Source of the DNA: an uncultured Nitrospiraceae bacterium
GTDB lineage: Bacteria > Nitrospirota > Nitrospiria > Nitrospirales > Nitrospiraceae
Length of the DNA: 64,000 bases
Direction of reading: 5' to 3'
Assembly (NCBI GenBank): GCA_963706325.1
Contig: CAVPLT010000003.1
Coordinates: 1 to 64,000 of the forward strand
The translations under genes were made by a program, and so were the position numbers. Below, piece by piece: positions 10,796 through 20,920 of this stretch (within the stretch, counting starts at the first letter, position 1; the number at the start of each line of letters is the position of its first letter). The notes beneath the pieces are model-generated. The model saw nothing but the letters and a program-made list of their open reading frames with translations, ran no database searches and was not told where the DNA came from.

Positions 10796-12106
10796 CTATC
10801 TAACGGAAGTCTTTGGAGGTTGCAGGGGCAGGTAAATGTGAAACGTAGTCCCCGTGCCCAACGAACTGTCCACAGTAATGGTGCCGTGATGGGCCTCCAC
10901 CACATCTTTGACAATCTTGGTTCCTAACCCTGTTCCGCCCTGCTTACTACTCTTGGCACCCGGAGTGAATAGCCGATCGCGTATGTCTGGTGACATGCCT
11001 TTCCCTGTATCTGCCACCATGACATGAACTCCAATTCCAACAGGTTCTTCTCTTGCGCTTACGGTAATCTTTCCTCCTGCGGGGACCTCCGGAATGGCAT
11101 TGTTGATAAGATTATAAAAGGCGTTGAACAGTCGTCGCTCGTCAGCCACGAAGACGGGTATTTGCTCGAGCTGCGCGGTCTGGATCAAGATCCCTTTTTT
11201 GTCGGCCGACCACTTGAGGGTTTCCGTCACATCATTGACGACCTTGTCCAGCCGGCAGGCGGCGAACTCGGGCGTTGTGCTCAGTCCCTTGACACAATCC
11301 GCAATCTCCTTCACCCGGTCCTGGATCCTTCGCGTAGAATTCTCCACCATCTCCACCACTTCATTGCAGCGATCGAAACTTTCTCTCGCCTGCTTATTTC
11401 CGCGCCGAAGAGCGTCTTCCAGCAAGTCCTTGAGTTCTTCATGCATCAATCCGGCACCACACACCACAGGCATCAACAAATTCTTAATGTCATGACTGAT
11501 GTCGCCAAGTAACCGCGTGACCTCTGCCAATTTCGCCTCTTCATAGAGGCGCGCTTGCTCGATAGATGAGGCGGCGATCGCAGACACGATGCTCAAAATG
11601 GCGACATCATCCTCATCCAGTAACCCTTCGCGTTTGTTGAGCACCTCCAGCACGCCGATCGGCTCCCCTTCCCATCGCTTGAGGGCAATCGCAATCATAT
11701 CGCGAGTGGTATGCGAGGTCAGTTCATCGATTACAGCAAGATGGCGAGCGTCCTGTTTGGCGTCGGAGATAATTAAAGGCTTTCCGGTCTGAAAGACGGT
11801 TCCCGCGATTCCCTGATCCCAAGGAATAACGGTCCCAGTTTTGACGGGGCTATCACCAATGGAGTGGCGGAAGATGAGTTGTTGGGAGGCAGGATCGGCA
11901 ATGAGGATCGAACCGCACTCGGCCTGAACGACCTCAAGCGCGGTCCGAAGGGCCCGGCCGATCAGCTCATCCAGCGTCAGGTGTTCAAACAACGCTTCAC
12001 TGATACGGCGAGCCGCTTCGAGCTCACGATCTTTTCTTACCTGGCGACGATCATCCTGCCGGCGAAGGAGACCACGACGGTCATGGGACAAGCATTGGTC
12101 GGCCAT
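10796..12106 (-). CDS. Cytoplasmic GAF histidine kinase
   Basis: GAF (GIAGTV...IGVLEVLNK), SHDIKN H-box, NLINNA, DTGKG, GTGLG. Confidence 0.92.
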   Translation of the reverse strand: MADQCLSHDRRGLLRRQDDRRQVRKDRELEAARRISEALFEHLTLDELIGRALRTALEVVQAECGSILIADPASQQLIFRHSIGDSPVKTGTVIPWDQGIAGTVFQTGKPLIISDAKQDARHLAVIDELTSHTTRDMIAIALKRWEGEPIGVLEVLNKREGLLDEDDVAILSIVSAIAASSIEQARLYEEAKLAEVTRLLGDISHDIKNLLMPVVCGAGLMHEELKDLLEDALRRGNKQARESFDRCNEVVEMVENSTRRIQDRVKEIADCVKGLSTTPEFAACRLDKVVNDVTETLKWSADKKGILIQTAQLEQIPVFVADERRLFNAFYNLINNAIPEVPAGGKITVSAREEPVGIGVHVMVADTGKGMSPDIRDRLFTPGAKSSKQGGTGLGTKIVKDVVEAHHGTITVDSSLGTGTTFHIYLPLQPPKTSVR

Positions 12107-12242
12107 CGGACCCCTAGATCGGTCAGGACAGAATCTACTGGGAGAGCGATGTGGTTACTTCACGGAGTCGCTGGCATTGGCCTGTAGTCGCTCCGGGGTC
12201 GCGACAATATCCTGCAGGCCGTCGCTCACAAACAGTACTCTC

Positions 12243-12647
12243 TCAAGTCGTGAACTTGTCCTTATACACGTGCGCTTTCACATGTTTTGCGACTATCTCC
12301 GTCAATTTCTCGGGACTGACTGGTTTCACGAGGTAGTCGACTACCCCCTGTTTCATGAGTTCGGTTGCATCCTGCACTTGTGGCTGGCCGGTGAGAATGA
12401 TGACTGGCACCGACGGATATTGTTGCCTAAAAAAAGCCACGGCTTCTTTGCCATTTATCTTGGGCATCTGGATGTCGCATAAGATCGCGTCAACCATGCG
12501 CGGATTGTCTCCGGAACCTATTTCTTTGATGGCTTTCTCTCCGTCTTCAGCTTCAACCACGTCGAACCCGGCCTTCGTCAGCGTCAGGCGAACCGTCTTT
12601 CTAATGTCCTCTTCGTCGTCCACAATCAATACGCGTCCCCGTCCCAT
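12243..12647 (-). CDS. Single-domain response regulator
   Basis: IVDDE, CDIQMP, LTG, KP; GAGGAG-like RBS. Confidence 0.92.
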   Translation of the reverse strand: MGRGRVLIVDDEEDIRKTVRLTLTKAGFDVVEAEDGEKAIKEIGSGDNPRMVDAILCDIQMPKINGKEAVAFFRQQYPSVPVIILTGQPQVQDATELMKQGVVDYLVKPVSPEKLTEIVAKHVKAHVYKDKFTT

Positions 12648-12956
12648 AGATTCCTCCTCTTGGTCTTAACTAGTGAGCAAATCCTGCCCGGCAACGGCAC
12701 TATATTGCTAACGGTTGTGTATTGCAAGTATTACCTAGATGTAATACTTCCATTTCTCAGGATAATACCGATCAGCAACCGTGATTTTTGCAGCTTAGAT
12801 TGTGCGATTCCTCAATGGAAATCTCCGAGACTTCTAAATTTCTGATCCTCGATTTAACTACGAGCCCCTGCTATACTCGCAACCTCTTGACCGTAATGGG
12901 CTGATGTAATCGGACCATCCGTTCACCACAGTGCCTTGTCCTAACCGGCGCAAAGA

Positions 12957-14234
12957 ATGCCTACCGAGTCAGACCCTACGCCCCTCAAACCAAGTCCCGA
13001 GCTAGAGGCCGCCCAACGCATCAGCGAGACGCTATTTCAGCATTTGGAAGTTGACGATCTGGTCGAGCTTACCCTATCGGTCGCACTGCAGGAAGTCGGC
13101 GCAGAGGCAGGGTCAATTCTCCTGGTGGATCACGACGCTCAACAGCTCATATTTCACCATTCGATTGGAATGGGGCCCGTACCACGTGGAACGGTCATAG
13201 GCTGGGATCAGGGTATTGCGGGAAAAGTCTTTCAATCAAAGGAACCGGCTCTTATTCCCGATGTCAAACAGAACGAACATCATTTCGCCGGTATTGATGC
13301 AATCACTGGTTACATGACGCGTGACATGATCAGCCTCCCGCTTAAACAATGGAAGGGCGATCCTATTGGTGTGCTGAACGTTCTCAATAAGCGGAGTGGA
13401 AGTCTGGATGAAGGCGACTTAGCACTTCTGACGATCGTTTCCGCATTTGCAGCCCTTGCTATTAGGCAAGCGCGGTTGTACGAGGAAGCCAAGTTGGGCG
13501 AGGTGGTGCGTCTTATTGGAAATATCGGACACGATTTGAAAAATTTCTTACAGCCCATAGTTTCGGGAGCCTGGCTGATAAAGCAGGAGATGGATAGAGC
13601 ATTCCAGTTGCATCCCAACGAAGGAGACGGCCATTTACGGGAGAGTAGACATAATTGCGATGAAGCCATTGTGATGATTCAGAAAACAACCGGACGGATC
13701 CATGATCGTTTCAAAGAAATTGCAGATTGCGTGAAAGGGCTCAGCGCCCCAGCGCAATTCCTGCCTTGCCGGCTGGACGTTGTCGTAGGGGATGTACTTC
13801 AAACGCTACGCATCTTAGCTGCCGATAAGGAAATTGCATTAACCTCCAGAAAACTCGATATATTGCCATTGATCCGAGCCGATCATCGCCGTCTGTATAA
13901 TGCCTTCTACAATCTTGTGAATAACGCCATTCCCGAAGTTCCGAAAGGCGGGTCAATTACCGTCGATGGCCAGCTGGAAGACAATGGACAAGGGGTCATT
14001 GTGTCGGTCTCTGACACAGGACGAGGTATACCACAGGAAATTCGTGAGCGGCTATTTACGTCTCGGGCGATGAGCACCAAGGCTGATGGGACAGGCCTTG
14101 GAACCAAGATAGTCAAGGACGTCATCGATGCTCATCGAGGAAAGATCACAGTGGAAAGCGACGTCGGCCAAGGTACCACTTTTCGTATCCACCTACCTCT
14201 CGATCCAGACCAGGTTACCAAACCAAAGACGTGA
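12957..14234 (+). CDS. Cytoplasmic GAF histidine kinase (paralogue of 10796..12106)
   Basis: ELEAAQRISE, GAF, GHDLKN, NAFYNLVNNAIPEVP, GTGLGTKIVKDV. Confidence 0.92.
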   Translation: MPTESDPTPLKPSPELEAAQRISETLFQHLEVDDLVELTLSVALQEVGAEAGSILLVDHDAQQLIFHHSIGMGPVPRGTVIGWDQGIAGKVFQSKEPALIPDVKQNEHHFAGIDAITGYMTRDMISLPLKQWKGDPIGVLNVLNKRSGSLDEGDLALLTIVSAFAALAIRQARLYEEAKLGEVVRLIGNIGHDLKNFLQPIVSGAWLIKQEMDRAFQLHPNEGDGHLRESRHNCDEAIVMIQKTTGRIHDRFKEIADCVKGLSAPAQFLPCRLDVVVGDVLQTLRILAADKEIALTSRKLDILPLIRADHRRLYNAFYNLVNNAIPEVPKGGSITVDGQLEDNGQGVIVSVSDTGRGIPQEIRERLFTSRAMSTKADGTGLGTKIVKDVIDAHRGKITVESDVGQGTTFRIHLPLDPDQVTKPKT

Positions 14235-14541
14235 GTTAATTGTACCGCGGGCCAAATTCGCGAGATCGGGTTTAAGGCCTGCGCCGGTACGACAAATAAT
14301 GCCATGATGTTGTTCAGCGATGAGGAGCCGCCTTCACGAAAAGTTTCTCCGGTGATAGTGACAGACCCGGAAAGCCTGGCATCTAAGGAAAGAAACCTAA
14401 CCAGAAGGCTACGATGGCGCCTGGTCCAACACCTCAGTTTTCTTTGTACTTTACCTCCTTTAAATGCGGACGGAAAACCTCTCGCTGGTGTGGGGAGGGT
14501 GCACAGCAACCTGGCTACCCTAAAGATTGATAGGCAACTTT

Positions 14542-14916
14542 CTAGGAGGAGGAACCTCCTAATGCATCATCGATCTGGCGGAACACAGATCCAGGGTCGA
14601 ATGGTTTCTCAATCACCGCAAAAACATCCAGATTCTGGAGTTCTTGGCGCACCTCGATCTCATCCATACCTGTGACCATGAAAACGATCAGGTCCGCTGT
14701 AGACGAATTTCCTCGGATCCTTCTCACAACCTCAATTCCGGTCAGGCCGGGCAATCTCCAATCCAAAACTATGAGGTCTGGATTACACTTTTGCACAATC
14801 TCTAAGGCATGAGTGCCCGTTTCTGATTCCAGCACGCGATAACCACCACGTTCTAACTGCATTCTTAGAACGCATCTCACGTCCGGTTCGTCATCCACTA
14901 ATAGAATCGTCTGCAC
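14542..14916 (-). CDS. Single-domain response regulator
   Basis: LVDDE, LDWRLP, VTG, KPF; GTG start inferred from a GAGGAAGG RBS. Confidence 0.8.
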   Translation of the reverse strand: MQTILLVDDEPDVRCVLRMQLERGGYRVLESETGTHALEIVQKCNPDLIVLDWRLPGLTGIEVVRRIRGNSSTADLIVFMVTGMDEIEVRQELQNLDVFAVIEKPFDPGSVFRQIDDALGGSSS

Positions 14917-15231
14917 CTTGTGGCCTTTTCCTTCCTCGCTTGGACACGTCTGGCGAGGGCATAATGCAGGGATAAGAATCGGCTCATGAGTCAAGCTAGA
15001 AGCGCATTCGATTCTTCCCGAGTTGCCGAGAGTTGAATGAAAGCCGTACGCACGCAAAAATAGCATTCGGAGGCCGATGTTGCAATGATGCCAAGATCTT
15101 AGGGTGTCCAATTAGAACTCCAGAGCAAGGACAGGAGTACTGGCAAGAGTATGGCACTCGGTTGGAATTGGAATTCAAGAAGGATCGCGCCGAACAATGT
15201 GGCCGCGCGTTAGCCTCGGCAGTCTGTGACC

Positions 15232-15375
15232 GATCTGGTGTTTCATAGCCAGACTGGGACGCCGCTCGATGGGAGCAACATCAGGCGATGCCTAAACAGC
15301 CCGATCAGGATCGCCAAAATCCATGATTTACATTTCCATGATCTTCGGCACACGTTTGCGACGCGAATGGTTCAG
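15232..15375 (+). pseudogene. Tyrosine integrase C-terminal fragment
   Basis: DLVFHSQTGTPLDGSNIRR...FHDLRHTFATRMVQ (HxxR box); both ends missing. Confidence 0.8.
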
Positions 15376-15646
15376 CCACGAAGCGATAGCTTGGGAACAT
15401 TTAGTCGAAGAGAATGGCCAGGCGGTGGGCACGCCGGAATGACTTTCTCTTCGTCAATCGCCTGGCTGGCATATTCAAGCGCGGCAGTGACATCGTGGGC
15501 AGCCAGTTCGGGATAGGTGCCCACAATCCGGGATCGGTATAGCCGCCAGCCACCATGCCGAGAATATTCTTCACCATAATGTGGGTACCTCGAATCGTGG
15601 GCTTCCCGCTGCAGATTTTGGAATCGACAACGATACGATCATCCCT
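15375..15646 (-). pseudogene. DUF433 antitoxin-like remnant, probably followed by a DUF5615 (PIN-like) N-terminal remnant
   Basis: DDRIVVDSKICSGKPTIRGTHIMVKNILGMVAGG, frameshift, IVGTYPELAAHDVTAALEYA; no start codon; followed by LAILFD*/NVP/AIASWL. Confidence 0.65.
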
Positions 15647-16483
15647 AACGAGTTCCTCTCTAACTAACTGGGATAGTTAGCGTAAGGCTAGGAAGTTCCA
15701 CGTGTCCGCTCAAGATAAGCCGTTCGGTCAGAATAGGAGAAACCAAAGCAGGACGCCGGTGCGCGGGCTGGCGTAAGCCACCTCCCACGGGGCCGCGCGA
15801 GCGGCCACTCCTAAACTTGTCAGGAGGACATTCTCGCCAATCACCCGCGGCCTCACATCACACTACCTCCCGCAGGGAAGTCTGGTCTATCACGATTCAT
15901 GGTTTCGGAAAACAACGTCTCGAAATGTCTTGGGAAGCGTAGACCCGATTCGCGGCAATAAGGGAGAAAAAGGGCACGTCACGAAACCAAAAGACGAACG
16001 AGGTCGGGCTCGAGGTCGAGCCAAAAGCACGATTTCGGAAGAAATGCTGCGCCGGCGCTTGCCGAAGCGCGGGCGGTTTCGGGAAAGGGGGTGTCGAAGA
16101 CTCCCCCATAGCATTCCAGGATCTTGTTTTGCCGTTATGATTTGACCGAAATATTTTCGCCTGGCAATGCCCCACCGACAGCAACATCTCAATCGTGGTT
16201 GGTGTATGGAAGTTCCAGTAGCATCGACATCTATTTTCTAGCCTTGGCAATGGCTGTGCGTTATCATTGCCGCCCATTAAGAGGCTCATAACGCTACGCA
16301 TCCGCCGAAGGTCTTCAATGGACAATTTGCTGAGCACAAATCCCCGTTCCGGTGCATAAATTAGAGAATCCGGGCGTCCTTGCGGAGCTGACCAGGATGA
16401 CTCACGGCTACTGCATGGCAGTTTACATAGCTTCATTTCCTTAGCGGCGAAGACACATGATATTTATGTAGAGTAGCCCAACC

Positions 16484-17275
16484 ATGATTCAACTGTATCG
16501 AGGAAGCGGTTCCGGAGAGCTTGAACTTCTTAACGAGGCACTGCCTCTGAATGAATGGAATACGTTACGCACTCAGACGTGCAGGCTCCTACGAGCTCGA
16601 AAGGAAAACCTAGCGGCAGAGGAATTGGAATCGATTCCGTTCGAGATACGAGACGGAACCAATACCTTTGGTGACGAGTTTTCTGCGCTGTACTGCTCGC
16701 TTCCCATGAAGGAGTATGTAGCTCTAGCCCAAAAAAATGAGAATCCAGAATTTAAGGCGGCCTTTAGATCGGTAGCTGAAACCATTTCAGAACTTGGACA
16801 CTACATCCGCTTTATTGCCGTTGAACTAAAATCTAAAACAGGCCCTGATCCGGTGTCATCCCCAAATCTTCAAATTACATCGGATTCTGTAGAGCGAGCG
16901 CTCGCTGATGCAGAGCAACTCATGAACAGGCAAGGAGCAACGAGTGGAATTGATCGAATCCAGACGGCCTTTCACGAGTTTATGCGAGCTGGTTGTGTAA
17001 AAAATGGCATTACCATCCCACCTGATTCCAGTATTACGGCGTTGTTTAAATTGCTGCGCGAGAACCATCCAGCTTTCTCAGCAAGAACGGTAAATAATAC
17101 GGATTTGCAGCGAGTGCTTAGAGGCATAGCGACGATTGTGGATGCGCTAAACCCATTGCGAAACCGGGCAAGTTTGGCTCATCCAAATGAAGCGTTACTC
17201 GACGAGGCCGACGCTATGCTGACGATCAACTGCATCCGTACGCTTCTTCACTACCTTAATGCTCGACTACAATAA
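16484..17275 (+). CDS. Abortive-infection family protein (Abi_C/HEPN-like C-terminus)
   Basis: AT-richer 263-aa ORF; SITALFKLLRENHP...LNPLRNRASLAHPNE carries an R-x6-H motif. Confidence 0.75.
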   Translation: MIQLYRGSGSGELELLNEALPLNEWNTLRTQTCRLLRARKENLAAEELESIPFEIRDGTNTFGDEFSALYCSLPMKEYVALAQKNENPEFKAAFRSVAETISELGHYIRFIAVELKSKTGPDPVSSPNLQITSDSVERALADAEQLMNRQGATSGIDRIQTAFHEFMRAGCVKNGITIPPDSSITALFKLLRENHPAFSARTVNNTDLQRVLRGIATIVDALNPLRNRASLAHPNEALLDEADAMLTINCIRTLLHYLNARLQ

Positions 17276-17411
17276 AGATTCGATCTTCGGACATGACGGT
17301 CTAGCTCACCGGGGACATAGCGACTCACGGTTATCGTTTATTCTTGCTGCGAATCAGTTTCCACCCTTTAAGACTGCGGAATGCTGCTATTCCCTGCTCA
17401 GATAGTTGCGG

Positions 17412-17513
17412 TCGCCACGAGTGCTTTACCTGACCGGAGGACTTTGTTCGTCTGGGATAGACGAATCCCCCGTGACTTTCGACGGACGGCTGTGCCGACT
17501 ATGGTCAGAGCTG
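17412..17513 (+). pseudogene. Collapsed remnant of the integrase family at 32016 and 38060
   Basis: PRVLYLTG joined almost directly to VWDRRIPRDFRRTAVPTMVRA; DNA matches about 38288-38313 and 38486-38551. Confidence 0.7.
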
Positions 17514-17932
17514 CGGAAATGAAGAAATATTTTGAAGACTTCTATCGCAAGCTTTGAGTTCCAAATCGGCGCCTTCCCCACAGCAGATTTCATCACGACC
17601 AGCCGCCCAATCCAATTCGCCGGACAAAACAGCAATTTGGGGGTAAGTCCGATCAGTGGGGTGGGTGGTCTCCACGCCTGACCAATGAAGACCTTAAGCA
17701 GTATCCGGCTTTACCGGAGTTCGGAACTCCTAGTATAGAAAGCATGGATTGATAACGCGATCGGCATTGGTATCACAAGCTACCGGCACGCCATGCGAGC
17801 TGGCATCTATGGCACACGTCGCGTCAGCTTCCATGGACGTAATCGCACAAAATGAGGGTAGAGCGGTTCAACAGCAGGAGGTGGCGACGAACCAAGCGTC
17901 CGCCGCCGACTCGATGCGCTGGTTCGATGCTC

Positions 17933-18952
17933 CTATTCGACAACCTTCTCCATCGTATTGATGCTTACATGCGGCCACTGGATGAGACCTGGGCAGCAGC
18001 CGGGGGGCAATCCATCCGAGCGCGGGAAGAAGTCCAGCATGACCAGTTGCGAATATTGCAGCCGCAACTTCGGCTCCCCATTCTTGTCTTTCTCCTTCAA
18101 TTCCTGAATCCAGAAGGTAGACTTCACCACCGTCGCATTCGCCTGCCTCACGACGAATGGAATGTTGACCACGCCACCCGTCGGCCGCGTCGAATCAACG
18201 TCGAGGACTGTCGTCTTCTCAATCTCGACCCCTTCGTTGGCTTTTTCGAGCAGATCGTTCGGGCTCACCGGGTTGAACAGTCCCTGAAAAAACTTTTCTG
18301 GCTTTTCACCAAAGTGTTTGTATGGCGCCAGGTAGGGGTTATTGAGATCTTGATCGACCCCGATCGGCAAACCACTGATATCAGGAATGCTTTGTGCTCC
18401 TGAGTGTTCACTGCTTCGGCCTAAGGCCAACACCGAGTCGCCATGAGGAATGGTCGCGAGTCGTCCAATATTGAGGCCCTCAGTGATGCCATTCGTCATA
18501 TGCAGCCACAAACCCGGTTCATGATGAATGACATCTCCAGGCGAACCCGCCAGGCCGCTGTTCGGGAAGTCATCACCAGCGATTTGCCTTATTCTCTGTT
18601 GATAGTCTAATGCCACGAGAAACTGATCGGTATTAGCGGGAGTTCCAGGAACGAGACGGATGCCACGATTCGGTACGGCCTTGTCGACTAGGATAAACTC
18701 AAGCTCTTCGTTGTATTGGTGGAGCAGCAACCGATAATTGAGGGGGAAGGGAACCCCCGGGGGGGGCGGCGCTACAAACGGCAGGGCAATCATATTCCAA
18801 CCACGACCTGGTAGGTTCGGCAAGTTCGCCCACTTTCCCGGAAGAAGCTTCAACGGTCCAAGCTCCTGGTCATTCGTCTTAGGTTTTTCAAGCCTTCGCT
18901 TTTTATCCTTGAGCTTTGCCGGTTCCGTTTTCATCGTCTTAAAATCTTTCAT
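17933..18952 (-). CDS. Putative haem-binding protein / FMP-type peroxidase family
   Basis: LGPLKLLPGKW, GRGWNMIALP, VPNRG, IHHEPGLWL, RLATIPHG, LQYSQ, WPHVSINT; family recalled from motifs. Confidence 0.65.
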   Translation of the reverse strand: MKDFKTMKTEPAKLKDKKRRLEKPKTNDQELGPLKLLPGKWANLPNLPGRGWNMIALPFVAPPPPGVPFPLNYRLLLHQYNEELEFILVDKAVPNRGIRLVPGTPANTDQFLVALDYQQRIRQIAGDDFPNSGLAGSPGDVIHHEPGLWLHMTNGITEGLNIGRLATIPHGDSVLALGRSSEHSGAQSIPDISGLPIGVDQDLNNPYLAPYKHFGEKPEKFFQGLFNPVSPNDLLEKANEGVEIEKTTVLDVDSTRPTGGVVNIPFVVRQANATVVKSTFWIQELKEKDKNGEPKLRLQYSQLVMLDFFPRSDGLPPGCCPGLIQWPHVSINTMEKVVE

Positions 18953-19839
18953 CGTAAAAGCTCCTTTTGATTTAGGTGAACCACGCTTGTAGGAACCGAT
19001 AGGTATTTAGCCGCATAACCGGAATAGCGAACCGATTAACAAGACACGAGACCAACTACAGCCTCCTTCTCTTGATTCCCCATTCCCTCATAAAGCATGG
19101 ACCGCACATGAGTCCGACGATAGTCCGAGCAGTTCGATTGTTGTCTGGGATTACATTCCTAACAGCAAGCGAGATGCCAGTGGGATCACAAGACGCAGGA
19201 ACGCCGTGGTGAGATCGTTGTATTGTTTTACTTTCAGCATTGTAGAGGCCTTGGGAACGGTCATAACCCGCGCGAGACACACCGCACTGATTGACTCGAT
19301 ATGTATTGGATGTGATACAGGAGGGGTATCGAATCCGATACTTGCGAAAACAATTGATCAATGTTTATCAGGCGCCGACAACCTACCCCACGGGAAAAGT
19401 ATGGTACTGAGATGGCCGCAGATGTGTCTGGGTTGTCCTTTTCAAATAGCAGCGAGGTAGCAGGCACTCCTACAACGGAGGACACATGAAATAATCTTAC
19501 CGTTTCGAACTAAGTCCATCGGACGACAGGAATGTTTTTCGCTTTCTATGAGCCAAGTCATGGAGCGTGAATGACTGTCTGGCACTATGAGGGCGACCCT
19601 TTAACCAGTTTCACCTTCACCCCATTATGATAAGTAAAGTGATCGGCCGCGATCGCAGAGAAGGTCGACCGTCTGCTCGTCATCGGTAGCCTGTGCGTAT
19701 GTCAACGAATGATCTCGCCGGGCTCGGAGCCATGCAGGCAATGGAAAGGGGCAAGGACAGCACGACACGAGTATGAACTGAATCTCTCGGTCGAAACCCT
19801 GATCATACCCGCACGGGTTATTTCCCAAGATGGATGGAT

Positions 19840-20330
19840 GCGGCCGGCCGCCTGCGGTGGTTCTTCCGGTTCTGGCACGAGGAGAAACGTCGACAGTTCG
19901 GATCATTAACACGAAGACGGAAGCTCGGGAGTTCTATGAAAAGGCTGAACAGGAGCAGAAGCTAGGACAGTTTTTTCCCGAGCGATGCCAGTCGAGCGGG
20001 TTTGCCAAGCTGGAACGGTTCTGGACGAGTTTTCTCGCAGGATTTACCGGGAAAACGAAGCGGGAGGAAATGCGCTTCGCTCGAAATGGAACTCCCTCTA
20101 TTCGAGGGCAGGATTAAACGCATTAACCCCCGCCGCACTCAAAAGGCACGTGCGTTGCTGACCGAGGAAGGCCGCACGCTTCGTCGGGTGCTCAACAAGT
20201 CGGGCGCCACCGAAGGGACGATCGCCGCCCTGCTTCGGCACAGCGGCACGACGCTGGTGAGCGGTATGCGCAACTCGGTCCATCACATCTGCAGCAGAAA
20301 ATCGAAAAACTGTCTTCCTTTGGCAGGAAC
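19840..20330 (+). pseudogene. Internally deleted tyrosine integrase (int1)
   Basis: N-terminal WFFRFWHEEKRRQFGS and TKTEAREFYEKA; C-terminal IAALLRHSGTTLV / RYAQLGPSHL; several frameshifts; directly before an att copy. Confidence 0.65.
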
Positions 20331-20440
20331 ACACGAGAGGCGAAGGTTCAATCTGATGGGCCAAAAGAGGGGCCGGTGGCTTGGAGGGAACGCGAGATTG
20401 GCACTGATCCAAATGATTCAGGAACGACGGGCTCGTTTGC

Positions 20441-20461
20441 AACCGTGAGTGAAACCGTGAC
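20441..20461 (+). repeat. Putative integrase arm-type direct repeat
   Basis: AACCGTGAG-TGA-AACCGTGAC; near-identical copy at 38924..38944. Confidence 0.55.
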
Positions 20462-20508
20462 CCACGCGAAGTGACTGGGTGCGAGGAAGCGCGAAGTACT
20501 GAAATTTC

Positions 20509-20553
20509 TGGAGCCGGCGAGTGGAATCGAACCACCGACCTGCGGTTTACGAA
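20509..20553 (-). mobile_element. att site 1: 3' half of tRNA-Thr(CGT)
   Basis: Minus strand TTCGTAA ACCGC AGGTC GGTGG TTCGATT CCACT CGCCGGC T CCA; no D-arm or 5' acceptor strand. Confidence 0.9.
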
Positions 20554-20920
20554 TGAGGACAGGACAATTATTGAAATGCTCGGTCATTCAAATGGTTTCC
20601 CCACTTTAACCGTAAATACCATGACATGGTTGCTTCCCAGGAACTCGATAGATTCGAGAGGAACTGATGGTGCTCAACAGAGTCTAGCCCATATTTAACG
20701 TGTCCATTGTGCAACCAGGGACTAAGGCACGGCAGGAGGAAAGCAATCGAGCGAGAGCAGGTTTCCGACCGCACTCTAGCCGTACAGTGGCAGAGCGTCT
20801 CGTGTTATCGGTCACGTTGAAAACATTTCGTTGGAATGGAAAGCATCACTAGTCCCAGCGTATCGCGTAAATATGACTCCCAGCGATGAACGCATGCTCA
20901 GAGAGCGCCTCCAGAGGAAT

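Noticed and set aside
12695..12709. Sigma-54-like CGGCAC...TTGC in the divergent spacer
   Set aside because: GG to GC spacing is one base short of the strict requirement
15890..16436. ORFs of 100-179 aa upstream of the Abi gene
   Set aside because: No recognisable motifs or RBS, and conflicting overlapping frames
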